From Leucoraja ocellata (taxonomy: Eukaryota): DNA of 64,000 bases. The position numbers and the translations under genes were made by a program. The stretch is taken from contig JAWMAR010000102.1 of the NCBI GenBank assembly GCA_036785375.1, positions 4,030,001 through 4,094,000 of the forward strand, given 5' to 3'. Shown one piece after another: positions 1-12,037 of this stretch (position 1 is its first letter; every line of letters begins with the position of its first letter). The notes under the pieces are model-generated. The model was not told the origin of the DNA. It did no database searches and saw only the letters and a list, made by a program, of their open reading frames with translations.

Positions 1-180
1 ACTGTTTGTTGTGAGTAATACAATGCATATTCTATTATTGATGGTCCTTCCAATATAAATGGACATAACTGATATTAATGTTGCCTTATATTAAGAAAAT
101 AGATTTTCTTACAGAAAATGAATGTATCTCCTTATTGTAGTTGATACTACTTTTTAGATGCGAGAGATGTAGAAAAATTA

Positions 181-472
181 ATGGCCTGTTCCACTGTACG
201 AGGTAATTCAAGAGGTCTCCCGAGTTTCCCCTGATTCGAATTCGGAGAATTACGGTATTAGCCGCTCGTAGGTACTCGGGCCTCTCGTGGACATTTTTAG
301 ACATGTTGAAAAAACTTCACGAGCTTACCTGCCATTAACGTTACGAGCTGCTAAGAGACGTCCCGAGCTCCGACGTACCCGCTACGTACATTCTACGTAC
401 TCACTATGAGTTTGATTTTTTTTTTAAACTCTGGAGAGCTCTTGGGTAAACTCGTATAGTAGGACAGGCCCT
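181..472. mobile_element. Non-autonomous PIF/Harbinger-like DNA transposon (MITE)
   Basis: Imperfect TIRs ATGGCCTGTTCCACTGTACGAG ... CTCGTATAGTAGGACAGGCCCT, flanked by TTA/TAA; same TIR type as 12874-13307. Confidence 0.75.
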
Positions 473-1983
473 TAACAAATGCTGGTTTTGTACAACATGT
501 AACAAATATTAGTAATTATAAATACCACATGATATAAATTGCATCACTCTGAATAATGCTTTGGAAAGAATTTACCCAAGTCAATGAAACATTGTCAATG
601 TTTTGGTTGACAAGTTTTTTTTAAATAAATCTATTGTAATTTGCAAAGCGCTTGCTTAATTTTCAGCATCTTGTCTGTCAGTGCCACATACCAACAATAG
701 CACTAACGATATCGTGCCATTGTGTAGTGTAGTTAGATGAGAATTTGTTGTTTGCCTTTTTTATCTATGCTCAAATACTTGCAAAATCTCAAGGAAGTGC
801 TTAGTTACAAAATAAACTTGGGTGCAATGAAGAGTCTGGGGAGAAAGACTTAATTATAATATATTATCTTTTATGAAGTTTCTTTCATTTGGCCAAAAGA
901 TAATTAGATTTTCTGCACTTTTAATCACAATATTAAATAACTTTGTACTCTGAATTTTTGAATCCACCATGATTAGCTGCAGTGTATTTTGATTTTTGGG
1001 ATCATTTACTGTGGTTGCCTTCAGTGTTGTGGCATCACCATTATATAACAATGATTATCTTCAGGCTGTTTGGAAGGGAATGAAACAAAATTGCTTTTGG
1101 GAGCCGAAAAAAAATCCTGTAATCAATTTATAAGACTGCCACTGGCAAAGGGCAAGAGTTGAAGTATAAACTCGTCTTGGTGTTTGTTGCACAAATTAAA
1201 TCAAAGGATTTACTTCCAGCAAACATTGTGCTGATTAAATATGTATTTATTTTCTTTTGCATTGTGTAAAAATTAAAAATATATGCTCTTTTCAATTCTG
1301 TTTCTAGTGGGATACATCATAATAATCCATGTAAGATTATTAGTTAATTTTGAGTATCTTCCTGTGTATCATTTGTATCATTTCTATTCTGCTTATTAAT
1401 TAGTTCATTAGTACTACTGCTACTCCAGTGTTTCATTCCTTCTATGTGCGTTTGAATATATGAACTTTATGCACCATATGCCTGTATTGTGAAATAACTT
1501 AAGCAATAGTTATCTACATCTATCAAGAAGTTGCTCAGATGGAGGGAGTAATTTAACAAGAGATATTTGTTAGTAAGAAGTCTATCATTATAATTGTTGG
1601 AAATATTTTGAAGCTGTGAATTGTTTTCCACAAATATAAATTTCAACATTGAGTATATATCTTCCCTTTGAGTCATTTATTTCATTCAGAAAACTCTGCT
1701 GCTTAGTTGCACTGTACTAAATAATCCCATTGACAACACTACCACCTGGACTCTTGGAAACTTTTAATGGCAGCAACAAATTTAGAGGAAGCAAACAACA
1801 TCTGGTGTCCTCATAGTTGGTATAATATCAAGAATTGCACTTGGTGAGGGAGGAGGTATAGGGAGAGGTGTTGCAAGGGTAAATACCTGGGGAGGGGGTG
1901 GTTTGGGCGAGAGGGGATGAGTGAACCAAAGAGTTCTCTATGGAGGGTGGAAGCAGTGGGGATGGGAATATGCAATTGCTGGT

Positions 1984-2712
1984 GGTCCCCAGCAGTCCTT
2001 CCAGGTGAGACAGAGTTTCACATGCACCTCTAACTTTGTCTACTGCATTTAGTTTTCTCGATGTGGCTTCCCCAAACTCGGCGAGACCGAGAATAGACTA
2101 GCCGACCCTTTCGGCGAATAGTTGCACTCGGTCCACCAAGGCCTGTTGGATCTCCTGGAGTTAACCATTTTAACTCCCAATTTCCATACTACCCTGGCTG
2201 CCCTGGGTAACCTCCATTGCTAGAGGGAGGCCACATGTAACCTAGAGAATTGGCACCTCGTATTCCGCTTGGGTAGCTTACAGCCTAATGGTATGAATAA
2301 TGATTCCTCCAATTATAGGTGACTAATCTGCAAACAACCCTACACTCAACCCCCCCCCCTTTTTTTTTTCCATCCCCCTCTTCCTTGTGCACCACCTTGA
2401 TTCGCATTCATTTATCCCCTTGTCCCCTTCCATTTATATTTTGGCCTCTCACTTCACAATTTACATGTCTATCCTTATCTCACACTTTGTTTTTTAATCT
2501 CTGGCCCTAGTCCAATCAATCAAAGACCTCCCTCACCCGTATCTACCTATCATTTGCCAGGCTTTGTCTTTCCACCACCTCATCCAGCTTTCTCCTCCCC
2601 ATTCCCGCACCCCCACCCCATCACAATCACACTGGAGAAATGTGCTGATCCAAAATGTCACCTTTCCATTTTCTCCAGAGATGCTGCTTGGCCCGCTGAG
2701 TTATTCCAGCTC
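1984..2712 (+). mobile_element. Degenerate Penelope-like element 3' fragment (GIY-YIG endonuclease remnant plus tail)
   Basis: Translates GPQQSFQVRQSFTCTSNFVYCI*FSRCG...GETENRLADPF...LGSLQPNGMN with stops; followed by a pyrimidine-rich UTR and the recurrent ...GAGATGCTGC...CCCGCTGAGTTATTCCAGC tail. Confidence 0.75.
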
Positions 2713-5700
2713 TCAGTAGTACTCTTATAGTCTTTTAGATTCAGAAAGAGCAAACCATCTTGAACAATGACAAAAGTGTTATTCTTCTGATGGATGAAAG
2801 TGGCTGGGTAAATTGAACAACTGGGCAATTTGTGACCATTTGTGTATTTCGCAAAAAGTGTTATATCTGGTACTCTTTAGAAAATATTTTGACTTGAAAA
2901 AATGAACCCTTTACATCAGTAAATTAATTTCAAAAGGGGTATTGCCTCATCACTAGTTCTAGTTTCTAAATTCTATTTTGCTGTTGTTGATCAAACTACA
3001 TAAAATCTTTCAAAAATATAGAAAAGCACGTTGATTTATTGATTTGTTGGGGCCATTGGTGTATAATCAATGTTATTGTGCTGTGGCTAGAAAGGTAATC
3101 AAACACAATGTGAGCCACACTCAATATTTACATTACCAGTTCTCTCTAAAGTCGTCTTGCAACCAAGATGCTGTGTTTATGTTGTAATGTATTTATATCA
3201 AAGGTGGTCTTGTTTATTTTTAAACATATTAAGGAGTTTATTTAACCATGGATGTAAATAGTTTTAATGACTAGTGCTATGAGCTGCTATTCAAATATTC
3301 TGCACTTAATTACTGTTGCAAATTTGATCTGTAATTCAAATTAAAGATTTGAAATTGAATTTGTAATTTCAGATTCAGATAAAGATGTGATTATAAGAAT
3401 AATGAGCTTTCAAAATGGGAAATATCTTTGTATAAGCCATTCAAGATATACAACATATACTCTTAGTTTCCTACTGCCTACATAAGCTGTAGCCAGCGAA
3501 CTGAGTACTGGGGAAATTTTGTATTCAAACTATGATATGCTGATATGTTTGGAGGGAAAAAGGACCTTGTATTGCATGTCCAGAGATCCTTGAATAAAGA
3601 AGACGGATAAATATGTTGAGGGAGCATAGCATTGTTTTCTTGGCCTGAGTTTTATAATCCAAGAGCAGGAATGCTGTGCTTGAACTGTTTAATATGTTAG
3701 CCCAGAGCTGAAATATTGTCATGCATTGGCTTTCTGCTCACTGGTTAGCACGCAACACAAGCTTTTCCCTGTACCTCGGTACATGACAATAAACGAAACT
3801 GTAATATGGCATACAGTTCCAGTGCTATAGTACTAAAGAGTGTACAGTTGAGATTTGAGGGAGTTGGGGCTGGAGAAATACAATTGTGAATAAAGATTGG
3901 GTCTATATTTTGTAAAACATATTAAGCTGAGGGAAGGAATAATTGATTATAACAGCGAGAGCTTTGGGATGAGTTAATGATGGAGGTATTTAATGCAGCA
4001 GAGACATCAGTAATTGGGGGTTAGATTTAAGGTATTTGGGAATTTAGAGTGTTGACCTTTCACTCAAAATGGGTTTGGAACTCCTGTGTTTTTCAAGATT
4101 AATATTTTAGACCTTGGCTTGAAGATCCAGAATTTATTTTTATTGTAAATCCAAACGGTACCAGTAAATTGTTTTCTTTGTTTTCAAATGATCTGGTAAT
4201 TCATGAGTGCAAATGTTAAATACAACTGCAGATGATTGAGATCTGAAATGAAAACAGACAATGCCGGAAACACTAGGACCAGGCAGCGTTTCTGGAAAGA
4301 GAGTTTATTTCAGATTGACGACAGTTTATTTCAGATGCTGCCTGCCCTGTCCCATAATCATAAATAAATTATGCCGGGGGTCTTTAAAAATGCATCATGT
4401 GCCTCCTCGTTACAAGACTACTCAAGAAACATGTTGAGCCTTGGAGACAAGAGATGATAAAAATACTGAATTACACTCATATAAATATGTGATTATTTTC
4501 TAAACTTGCAAAGCCAAAACATATATTGAACATTAACCATATTAGCAAACTTTATTGGAAGATGATTACGTTTTTGTAATGTCTAGGTCAAGTGGTTTCA
4601 TTAACTGACAGAAATCAACAAGTAATCAACGAGAAATCAACTGTATTTTTGAATTATTTTTTTAATCGATAGTCTAATCAATATTTTCTGTTCTTTATTT
4701 AAGTAAATTGTTTGATTGTCTGAAGTAAACTGGTTTCCTTCCTTTAGTCTAATGCAGCTGTTCTGGACTAACTTGCACTGATCAAAATGTACCGTACTGG
4801 ATGTTCAACAAAAATGTCAATATATTCGACGGTGTATGGTTTCTAACTCTGCCAAATTGCTGTAGGCATATCAGTGCATCAAATGAGATTGCATTTAATA
4901 CCATACAGATTTGGAAAGATTGCTATTTTAGAAGTGGCGTGTTGTGGGGAAATGAGGTACTTCGACTGAATCCATAATCATGATATAACTATATATGGTA
5001 GTAAATCTTTGCCTATCCTCAGCCTATATAACAAATGTGTCCCCGAACATTTAATAGATATTGATGCTTTTTGAATTATAAGCATGTTTATCCTGTACAG
5101 AGATTTTACTGCTGTATATCAAATAGCCAGAAACAAGTGAAAATAGTGATCTGTCTCAATGGCGGTGTGTTTTGTGAGTGCCTGTTGATTGTGCAGTTGG
5201 ATTGCCCATCTGTTCTTTTTTTGCTGCCTGATCTACCAGGAAAACTGTTAGTTTAAATCATTACTGTCCACAATCATGCACATTTTAGACACCTAAAACT
5301 GCTAATTAACACTGGTTGAATGCCTCTTTGTTAGGCGGCAGATCTGATAGGAGTTAGCATGTCAGCAGTGGGGCATTGACCAAGGAAGAAAATGACTAAA
5401 GATTACAGGTGAAAATGTATGTCAGTAGACCGGAGCTACAGTAGGGCTGTAAAGTTACATAAGTAGGTCCCGGTGTTTGTCCGTCAATGATTATGACTTA
5501 ATTTAGAACCTTTCATGTTGCTTGAAAATTGTTCCCAAAGTGTTAGTTTTTAAATGTAATATGAGCACTAAACATGGCTGTGGAAATCTGTCCCATTTCA
5601 CATTTAGAAATAATGAATCCAATGAAAGAGAGATTTTACTCTGGAACATCCCCACCCCACCCTTACTGACATTACATGGGTGGTTATTTATCATTTGACA

Positions 5701-6079
5701 TTGTGGAAAAACTTGAGGCCAGTCTTCACATGCCTACTGATGACACCCAACCTGAAGCTTGTTGCTTTGTTGGTGCACATTAAATTGTTGATGAGTCTTT
5801 TTTTTGTTGCAATTTACATTGGCAAGATCAAAGCCATCTGTTGCCTTCTGCTGGCAACTTGGTATCATAGCCAACAGCTTCATCCCCATTCATCTCTTTC
5901 CAATCTGGAAGTGCACAAACTCCATATCCCCTTTTAAATCTGAAAGCTATTTAATTTTACATCCAACCCCAGCGTGAACTTTTCAACATCTACCTCAAAA
6001 ACACCTTTTACCTCATATTTTACTTCCACTGAAAGCAAAATCCTAATTTGTGATAATTATTTATATTTGCTGCATAGCG

Positions 6080-6600
6080 AGCGGCAGCTTCGCCAGCAGC
6101 GTGTTCATCCTTTCAACTTTTCATTTTTTTGTATGTCTAAATATGTTTTAGTGGGGGGGGGGGGGGTTGGTTGGGGAGATAAGGGGAAACCGTTTCAAAC
6201 ACTTACCTCAACGGAGATGCGACTTTTCTCTTTGTCGAATCTTCGCACCCCTCGAGGCCTAACAACTGGATCCCTTGTCAGAGATCTCCAGAAGAAGTGC
6301 TCCGACCACCGGCCTGCCGACTATAACATCGTGAAGCCGCGGTCTGCAGAGCTTCTAGCGGTGAGCGCGGCGTGGACTTTCCATTGCGGAGCCTGGGATC
6401 CCTTGCCGAGGATCGCCAGAAGAAGTGCTCCGAACCGCCGGCCTGCGGCCTATAACATTGTGAAGCTGTGGTCTCCGGTAAGAAAGTGGCCGATTCAGGA
6501 ACTCCCGACGCCAGAGTTTCAATCATCCCGACGAGAGGGCTTGTACATCGGGCCGTCCACAGCAATACAGTGGGAGTGGCTTCACTGGCAGGTCAACACT
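6080..6600 (+). repeat. GC-rich interspersed repeat with an internal direct duplication of about 130-bp period
   Basis: GGATCCCTTG...CCAGAAGAAGTGCTCCGA...CCGGCCTGC...CTATAACAT.GTGAAGC..GGTCT occurs twice (about 6268 and 6396); a related copy lies on the opposite strand at about 34900-35285 (shared GGAGATGCGACTTTT). Confidence 0.65.
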
Positions 6601-7584
6601 GATTCAAGGTGTTGTCTTAAAAACTATCACCTTGAGGACAATCTGGGCCGAGCATTGGCCAATAAATTAACAAGAAGACCGTCCAAATACAAATTGTGTG
6701 ATGGAACCAAGAGAGGTGGGCAGAGCAGTTAAGTTGGATTGAAAATCCACCAAGAAGTAAAGTGTTTGGGCCAAGGAAGAATACCATCACAGAAGGACAA
6801 GAAAGTGAAATTAAGGGAAATGTGTGAGCTGTGCATTTCCTGAGTCTATAGCTAGGAATGAGGTGTGCTGAAATGTATTTTCTGTAGGGAACCATATGAT
6901 GTAATTATGTGATTGCATTGCAATTCCTTGCATGTAATTCATTGGGTTTTTTTCTAAGGTCATGCTTTAATTTGACGTTCAGACAGTTAAGAAAAAGGCC
7001 ACTATTTGCAAATAATTCATATGTCCCTAAAAGGTCTCTATACTTCAGCACTGTCAGTATTTGCTTTATGGTTACTATATTTCAAAGTACAGGTCCACCA
7101 CCAACTTTCTGGCAACTGGGGGTCTCTTGCCCCCCCCGGGAAGTCCCCCAGAAAATGTCGTGAGATGAGGCGGCCGATCTTGACCTCAACGGGACTTCAG
7201 CGCCGAAAGCCAGGTCGAATCTTTCTGGATCCTGGTTCCGTGGAGCTAGCAGATCGGTTCCCAGAGATTACTTCCCGGTCGATCAGCAGGTCACTCTCAA
7301 GCCAACAAAAGCATTGATGGCAATTTCAGCCGTAGTCAAGCTGAAGTAGAATTAAACAATGATAGCAATGTTTGGATTCCTTGCTTTGAAATCCCGTTGT
7401 CACTAGTTTTAGACAATTCATTTAATGTATTAACATGTTTTTGTCATGTAATGTTTACTTTTTCACAGCTTAATGCTGCACTTCTTTGTGCTATTGACAA
7501 ATTTTGGATATATGAGTTCCTGTTTCGTCATCTAGATCATTGAGGTCTCTAACACAACGGTCACTTGTAAGAACCTGTCAATTT

Positions 7585-8160
7585 TACTACATGATGCAAT
7601 CATAAAGAAAGCCCATCAACGCCTCAACTTCCTTAACAGATTGAGGAGATTCAATATGTTGATGAATATTCTCTTGAACAGTGCAACAGTACGGTATAGA
7701 GGATATTGACTGGTTGCGTCACGGCCTGGGTTCGGCCTTGGTCAGATTACCAAAAGTGGGTAAGACGGGTTTTTTATAACATCGTGAAGCCGCGGTCTCC
7801 ATCGACGGGATCTACAAGAGGTGCTATCTCAAAAAGGCAGCCAGCATATCAAGGACAACCCTGGCCTTGCTCTCATTTCACTCTTGCCCTTGGGAAGAAC
7901 GCATAGGAGTCTGAAAACTAACGTTCAGGTTCAGGAATAGCTTTTTCCCAACAACTGTCAGGCTATTGAACATTACAAACTAAAACTAAACTACAAACTG
8001 CACAAGGAACTTTGGGCTTTGTTTTGTTTTTGTATTATATTGGGATTTTTAATTATTTAACCTTTTTGTTTGTTCATTATGTTATTTATTGTTTAAAAAC
8101 CTGTGGTGGTGCTGCTGCAGGTAGGATTGTTCCATTTCGGAACATATCACAATAAAATAC
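7585..8160 (+). mobile_element. Degenerate Rex1/Babar-type non-LTR retrotransposon 3' fragment
   Basis: Remnant DAIIKKAHQRLNFLNRLRRF...ILTGCVTAW...RFRNSFFPT; homologous to the ORF at 28562-29590. Confidence 0.7.
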
Positions 8161-9428
8161 TTGTAACAATCGTACCTTGTCTTACCATTCAGCCACTTTG
8201 TTAAACTAATCGATGATTTGCATGAGAAAATAGAAGACTGAAATAGTGAGACTGGTTGGGGAAGGAATCTCCGCCACATATCTAACACACAGCTTCCCAC
8301 TAAAATTGGAAAATACATCAATAGCCTTCCACCCTAACTGCTCCTCTTCTCCCCCCCCCCCCCCCCATCTAAAAGCATTAAAATAAGATGAATTAAGGAA
8401 ACAGTTATAATTAAAAACAACAGATTTTCTTATTCATTTGATCTTCACAGCTTTTTTTTAAAATTAGAGATCAATTTTGTAAATGAGTTATGTTTCAATT
8501 AAACTTGTCTCTCTGTAATCTGATATTAAGCGCAATGTTAAATGTAATGTTCACTTGGTGCTTAGGGTAAATAAAGACGTTGACATGTGCCAGTTAAAAT
8601 GTTTTTTTTAATTACAGTTGTGCATGCATGCACTTCCTGTTCAGCTTCCTGCTTTCATGTTTTTCGCATAAGCACTCATGGTAATAATTTCAATAGAAAT
8701 GGAAGAATGGTTGCAAATTATTTTTAAATTCTTAATTTCCTTTATGGTTCCACTCTTGCGTGATGGGTTGTCTAGAACTTGCAATGTTACAGGCTACATT
8801 TTAAGTCAACATAATCAAGGAACATTTACAACCCCCGGTCATTCCCTCTTCCCCCCCCCCCCCCCCCCCCCCCCCACCCCCTATCCCATTAGGTAAAAGA
8901 AACAAAACATTGATAACACATATCAACAGTTTCAATGTTTCAGATCAAGTCTCTTTAGACTGAACCACCTGGCCCACTGAGTTCCTCTTGCATCTTTTTT
9001 TGTACAGTGGCTTGATTGTACTTGACTGGATAGAAAATCGTTTTTCACTGTTTTACATGTGACAATGAAAAACCAATTCCAAGTGCATTGACAGGCAGGC
9101 AGCATGAAAATTGAGAAGAAAATCTAATTTACATCAGTTCGTAAACAGCAATATTAATTGCTTGATGTTGAAGTAGATTAATTAGCACTAAAGAATAAGA
9201 AGATTTAATATTTGTAAAAGTCCCAGTTTTTGATACATTGGCTGTTTTGGGAGCATGGTGACAGCGGGCACCGAACAAGCCCTTGATTTTAATTAGAAAG
9301 CAGCAAGTTCTCTGGTTCATTGTTGATCCTTCATGCTAGTGACTACTTTATGATTTTCCCGGAATTGTGACCTGCCAAGACGGTTCCCTTTTAATGTCGG
9401 AAAGAACGGCAGATGCTGGTTTAAACTC

Positions 9429-9462
9429 GGTCTGAAGAAGGGTCTCGACCCGAAATGTCACC
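9429..9462 (+). ncRNA. Minimal hammerhead-ribozyme-like motif in a Penelope-derived repeat
   Basis: GGT-CTGAAGA-A-GGGT(CTCG)ACCC-GAAA-TG-TC-ACC fits CUGANGA/stem II/GAAA/UH with a 3-bp stem I; a similar motif lies at 27179-27212; activity unknown. Confidence 0.55.
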
Positions 9463-10177
9463 CGTTCCTTCTCTCCAGAGCTGCTGCCTGTCCCGCTGAG
9501 TTACTCCAGCATTTTGTGTCTATCTTGAGCTTGAAAGTACATCTTGCCTGCTTTTTGTATGAACTGGAGACAGATGATTGGTATTGATGCTGGGCAGTGA
9601 TCTGGCGTCTTTTGGCTCCCTTTAACAAACCAGTCTATGGTGTAAATTTGCTCAACACTTAAAGGTTTAGTAAGAGCTGCCAATGATCACGAGCGGATTC
9701 GCATCTGCTTTTGAATTAGAAAAAAAATGTTTTTGCCAAATGTGATAAAATCATAAATGTGCTATATAATGGAGTGTTAGAAAGCAATCTAACTTTGTTG
9801 CTTATTTTTGACTAAAATAAATCCTAATTTTTTTTTTTACAATGGTTGACAGAACAACTTTTGAATCATTTCATCAATTCCACAGAGTGGGTCTGGATAA
9901 TTAAAAATAAATCCCAAGTTGTGCTGTTTGTGCTATGCAATGTTGCTGGCTTTAAAATGGTCCCTAAACACAGGTTATTGCAAAAACGTTTACAATCTTT
10001 TGCAGTACTGCGCGTTAGTCTGTACATACATCATCGGGATCAAGTGAGACTGGAGTAAATGCTGCAAAAGAGATGTGCATATTTCTGCTCAACAGCTGAA
10101 ATATGGGCCCACATTTTGTGGGGAAATAATACAATTAAATACAATCCCAAAAGAACAAAAAAGATTTATTCAATTCT

Positions 10178-11314
10178 AAAATTAGGTATTGTAGGTGTCG
10201 GCGCATTTTTCCAGAATTTAAGTATAAGCTTTTTTCCCATTATTAGCCCGTAATTAAATAAATTCTTCTGAAACACGTTTAATTCAGGGTTATCTTCCGA
10301 TATTCCGAAGATAATCCATTCTGGTTTTGGTACCAGTTTTATTTTGATCAATTTTGAAAAAATATCAAATATTTCATACCAGAATTTTTGGATTTTTGTA
10401 CAAAAAACAAAAGAGTGCGCTATGGTAGCTTCTTGACATAGGCATTTATCACAGATTGGTGAAACATTAGGGAAGATTTTATTTAATTTAGTTTTTGAAT
10501 AATATAATCTATGTAATGTTTTAAATTGGATGAGCGTATGCCGTACGTTGATCGAACATTTATGCACCTGTAGTAAATGATTATCCCAGGTCTCTTTTGA
10601 GATTTTTATAGCTAATTCTTGTTCCCAATCTTTTCTAATTCCATCTGTTGTGGGTATTTCTATGTTTAAAATGATATTATATAAGTACGATATTAAATTA
10701 GCTGATTCCGCCTTGGTCTTCATTGCTTCATCCAATAAGTCGGAAGACATATTATGATAGTCTTTTGTGTGTGGATATCAAATATGTTTGAAACATTACA
10801 TCTGGAAGAGATGAGATTCCTCCTAGCAGGTAAAGCAGACCAATTTCAAAAGACGTGGTCTATGTTTCTGGACCTATTACAAGTATGAGGTGCAATAGTA
10901 ATCTAAAAAAACAAAAACAAATATATAAATAAGCGGAATCAGGACCTGGTAACGGGAGGTAAAATAACAAAAACAGACTTGGTTGGTAGTCCCCTTTCTG
11001 CGGAGTTTAATGTTATAATAGAGCGATTGTTTCTACTTTCTCTTTCTCTCTTTTCTAGGGTCTATTTTCTCACTTTACTTCCTTCTCTAACTTCTTTCCT
11101 AAGGGGCTTTCTTTTCCTTACACTCTTGCACTGCACGACTCTCTTGCACTTTCTTTACTTTCCTAACTTCTACCTTTTTCTTAAAGCTCTAAAAAAAAAA
11201 AAAATGAAGCGGTACAAAAAATGTATCAAGATATATGTGTTGTGTAGAATTGTAATTTACCGTACTTCTAATAAAAATTAAAAAAAAAAAAAAAAAAAAA
11301 AATTAAGTATTGTA
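10178..11314 (+). mobile_element. 5'-truncated, 5'-inverted L1/Tx1-like LINE with poly(A) and TSD
   Basis: Minus-strand ORF2 C-terminal segment (QFKTLHRLY...CDKC...HSFVFC zinc-binding region) joined at about 10770 to the plus-strand continuation WISNMFETLHLEEMRF...LLQV* (stop 10888), 3' UTR, AATAAA 11270, poly(A) to 11302; 16-bp flanking duplication with 1 mismatch. Confidence 0.88.
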
Positions 11315-11364
11315 ATTTAATTATAGATTTTGATGCCCAGCAGTGGGAGAAGGAACAGTGAGAA

Positions 11365-11820
11365 GATTTTTTTGTTGCGTGCTATCCAGTCAGCGGAAAG
11401 ATTATTCATGATTTTAATCAAGCCGACACGGGTACAGGATAAAGGGAATGTTTAGTGCACAGTAAAGTCCAATTAAAGATTCTCTGAGGGTCTTCAATGA
11501 GGTAGATGGTAGCTCGGGACCTCTCTCCTGATAACAGCTGGGAAGAAACTGTCCCTTAATTTGGAGGTTAGCGTTTTCACACTTCTGAACCTCTTGCCTG
11601 ATGGGAGAGGGGAGAAGAGGGGGTGTCCAGGGTGAAACTCGATGTTGATTATGCTGATGACCTTGCCGAGGCAGAGTGAAATGTAGATGGAGTCAAAGGA
11701 AGGGGGGTTGGTTTGCATGATGGTCTGGTCTGAGCTGCGTCCACAATTCTCTGCAATTTCTTGCGGTCTTTGATGGACCATGCAGTGATGCGTCCCAATA
11801 AAATGCTTTCTACACAGCAT
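11365..11820 (-). mobile_element. Degenerate Rex1/Babar-type fragment on the minus strand
   Basis: Minus ORF 11494..11889 contains HPGHPLFSPLPSGKRFRSVKTLTSKLRDSFFPAVIR, the typical C-terminus of this clade. Confidence 0.75.
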
Positions 11821-11903
11821 GCTTTTCCTTCTCAATATGCGTTGCAGATTAAGTACACTGAAAATAGTTTTAAAAAACAAAATGTGCATTTTATTTGTTC
11901 CAG

Positions 11904-12037
11904 ATCCTCGCTGGGCATCGATAAACAGGGGTGTTTTGATGTGTGATGACTGCGGCAGTGTGCACCGCAGTTTGGGGCGACATATCTCTCAGGTACGGCA
12001 CCTGACGCACACACCCTGGCCTCCTACACTGTTACAG
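11904..12037 (+). CDS. GIT2: GIT2 coding exon 2 (ArfGAP zinc finger second CxxC and arginine finger)
   Basis: cag|ATCCTCGC...TTACAG|gtaaga; translates (D)PRWASINRGVLMCDDCGSVHRSLGRHISQVRHLTHTPWPPTLLQ; 134 nt; GIT-family ArfGAP motif. Confidence 0.96.

Noticed and set aside
6268-6480. CRISPR-like repeat-spacer pattern
   Set aside because: There are only two long degenerate units, in a eukaryotic intron, with no cas genes.
5974-6732. 252-aa ORF as a novel gene
   Set aside because: It has a non-ATG start, runs through a G-run and an internally duplicated interspersed repeat, and shows no recognisable domain or splice context.
8850-8882. Long C homopolymers (also about 8350, 29666, 36995) as regulatory G-quadruplexes
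   Set aside because: They are simple low-complexity runs, common in this sequence and prone to length error.
1-11903. GIT2 exon 1 or promoter CpG island
   Set aside because: No ATG...CADC-encoding exon was seen, and the CpG-rich patches here are TE-derived. This stretch is treated as intron 1.
11940-11970. CDDCG instead of CDECC as loss of the ArfGAP zinc finger
   Set aside because: The CxxC ligands and the catalytic Arg (HR) are intact; the changed residue follows the CxxC.
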